Notes under the pieces: generated by a model
Seen by the model: only the letters and a program-made list of their open reading frames with translations
Database searches by the model: none
Told to the model about the DNA's origin: nothing
IMG/VR virus record: IMGVR_UViG_3300023194_000121
Location: 770 to 64,769 of that record
Length of the DNA stretch: 64,000 bases
Strand: one strand, 5' to 3'
Origin: a virus
Lineage: Duplodnaviria; Caudoviricetes
Made by a program: the position numbers and the translations under genes
Shown: one piece after another, positions 62,912-64,000 of the stretch
How positions within the stretch are numbered: position 1 is the stretch's first letter
How the letters are laid out: each line of letters begins with the position of its first letter

Positions 62912-64000
62912 TCAGTCTCGCACAGCGCTTACAGCGGGCTCGATGGAAGATATTTGATTCATCGCGCTTCGCGTTTTCGCCATACCGATAATGGTTTTGC
63001 TCAGCCTTATGATCGGTCTCTCGATAAGAAGATGGACCAGAACTCCGCCGAGCAGTGCGCAGATAATCAAGATTACTTTTCCCGCGGAAGCGTCAACCCA
63101 ATCTTGATGTCCTGTTCTCACCATCTTCAGCCAAATACTTTCTATGATTATGATATGGAATAGATAAATCGTATAGCTCGCGCTGCCGAGTAATACGCAT
63201 AGTTTCCATCTAAAGAATTTTAATTGCTCGAATGTCAGCAAACCCATGATGAGCAGCGCTGATGCAATTCCCCACGAAAGAACTCGGTTTGGCGGATTGA
63301 AGTAATTTTGCAGAAAGACAGCCGCCGACAATCCCAGACATGCAATCCCCAACCGTTTCGAAAGCGGTCCGCAAGCCCTATAAAACTCGCAGGCAGCAAG
63401 CCCAAAAGCGAATTCCAAAACGAGGTTATTGAGAAAGAGAATGCCGCCGCCCCAAGATGGCGGGACTGTCAGACTAGCCAACGCTGCCATGATGAAGAGC
63501 GCATATCGTCGGCAGGCCTCTGGCTTGGTGAAGAGAAGCAGTGCGGCAAAGATCAAATAAAACGACATCTCATAGACGAGCGTCCAAGCGGGGAAATAAA
63601 TCGGAGTCCATGCACCGCTATCGGGAAGAAAAAAGAGAGATCGAAGAAACCAGTACAGGCTAATTCTATCGTCACCCCAATCGTAGATCCTTACTAGGCT
63701 ATAGACGCCTGTCGAAATCCAATACATGGGCACGATACGAAGAATTCGCTTCAGCAGAAATTGCCCGCTGGTTTCGTTTGGTGGCAGCGAGTAACCAATT
63801 ACAAATCCGCTAATGCAGAAAAAGATATCTACTCCTGCACCACCCAGATTAAACGTCTGAAGGGGGAAACCATGTTGGACAGTCACGCCGAAGGCTGCGA
63901 CAAACCGTAAAAAGTGGATCGAATAAAGCAACGCTTTGCCCCTTCGTTGGGGCGCTATTTTTCGCGTTACGTTAGGTAATGCAAGCTGTAGCGCAACCAT
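62912..64000 (-). CDS. Acyltransferase family 3 (OafA-like) integral membrane O-acyltransferase; 5' end may extend beyond window; probably host
   Basis: SIHFLRFVAAFGVTVQH...GVDIFFCISGFVI...FLLKRILRIVPMYW...WTLVYEMSFY...LGSASYTIYLFH...IERP. Confidence 0.9.
   Translation of the reverse strand: MVALQLALPNVTRKIAPQRRGKALLYSIHFLRFVAAFGVTVQHGFPLQTFNLGGAGVDIFFCISGFVIGYSLPPNETSGQFLLKRILRIVPMYWISTGVYSLVRIYDWGDDRISLYWFLRSLFFLPDSGAWTPIYFPAWTLVYEMSFYLIFAALLLFTKPEACRRYALFIMAALASLTVPPSWGGGILFLNNLVLEFAFGLAACEFYRACGPLSKRLGIACLGLSAAVFLQNYFNPPNRVLSWGIASALLIMGLLTFEQLKFFRWKLCVLLGSASYTIYLFHIIIIESIWLKMVRTGHQDWVDASAGKVILIICALLGGVLVHLLIERPIIRLSKTIIGMAKTRSAMNQISSIEPAVSAVRD

Noticed and set aside
51141-64000. Acyltransferase at 62912-64000 as part of the prophage glycan-conversion module
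   Set aside because: It is 7 kb away and beyond the candidate attR, so more likely host; would be reconsidered if attR is wrong

Overview
Almost the whole window is one apparently intact temperate prophage of an alphaproteobacterium (Rhizobiales-like). The layout is lambda-like. Left arm (minus strand): tyrosine integrase N-terminus cut by the window edge, excisionase-like genes, then HD hydrolase, J-domain, DUF5131, RecD-like helicase, HNH, RecT and YqaJ exonuclease. Immunity region: short cI without a peptidase domain, cro, five 17-bp operators and recognisable PL/PR/PRM. Early-right arm: GapR, RusA, GcrA, two MTases, DnaB and a DUF1376 initiator with iterons. A NusG paralog, an fMet-like tRNA and structured non-coding DNA precede a contractile-tail morphogenesis module (DUF1073 portal, DUF2213, DUF2184 capsid, DUF3383 sheath, baseplate J, DUF2612). 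After that come an expanded lysis cassette, an AT-rich surface-glycan moron, an SOS/ligase accessory block and a candidate attR near 62.86 kb, then a probably host acyltransferase. Most notable: (1) a LexA-boxed Zn-ribbon gene beside a non-cleavable repressor (candidate SOS antirepressor) with a similarly regulated Zn-ribbon gene at the right end; (2) a ~380-nt highly structured RNA candidate containing a tRNA-fMet acceptor-stem microhelix; (3) NusG-paralog late antitermination across repeated terminators; (4) tail-fibre-locus proteins carrying signal peptides. All family assignments come from motif recognition by eye; no searches were run.
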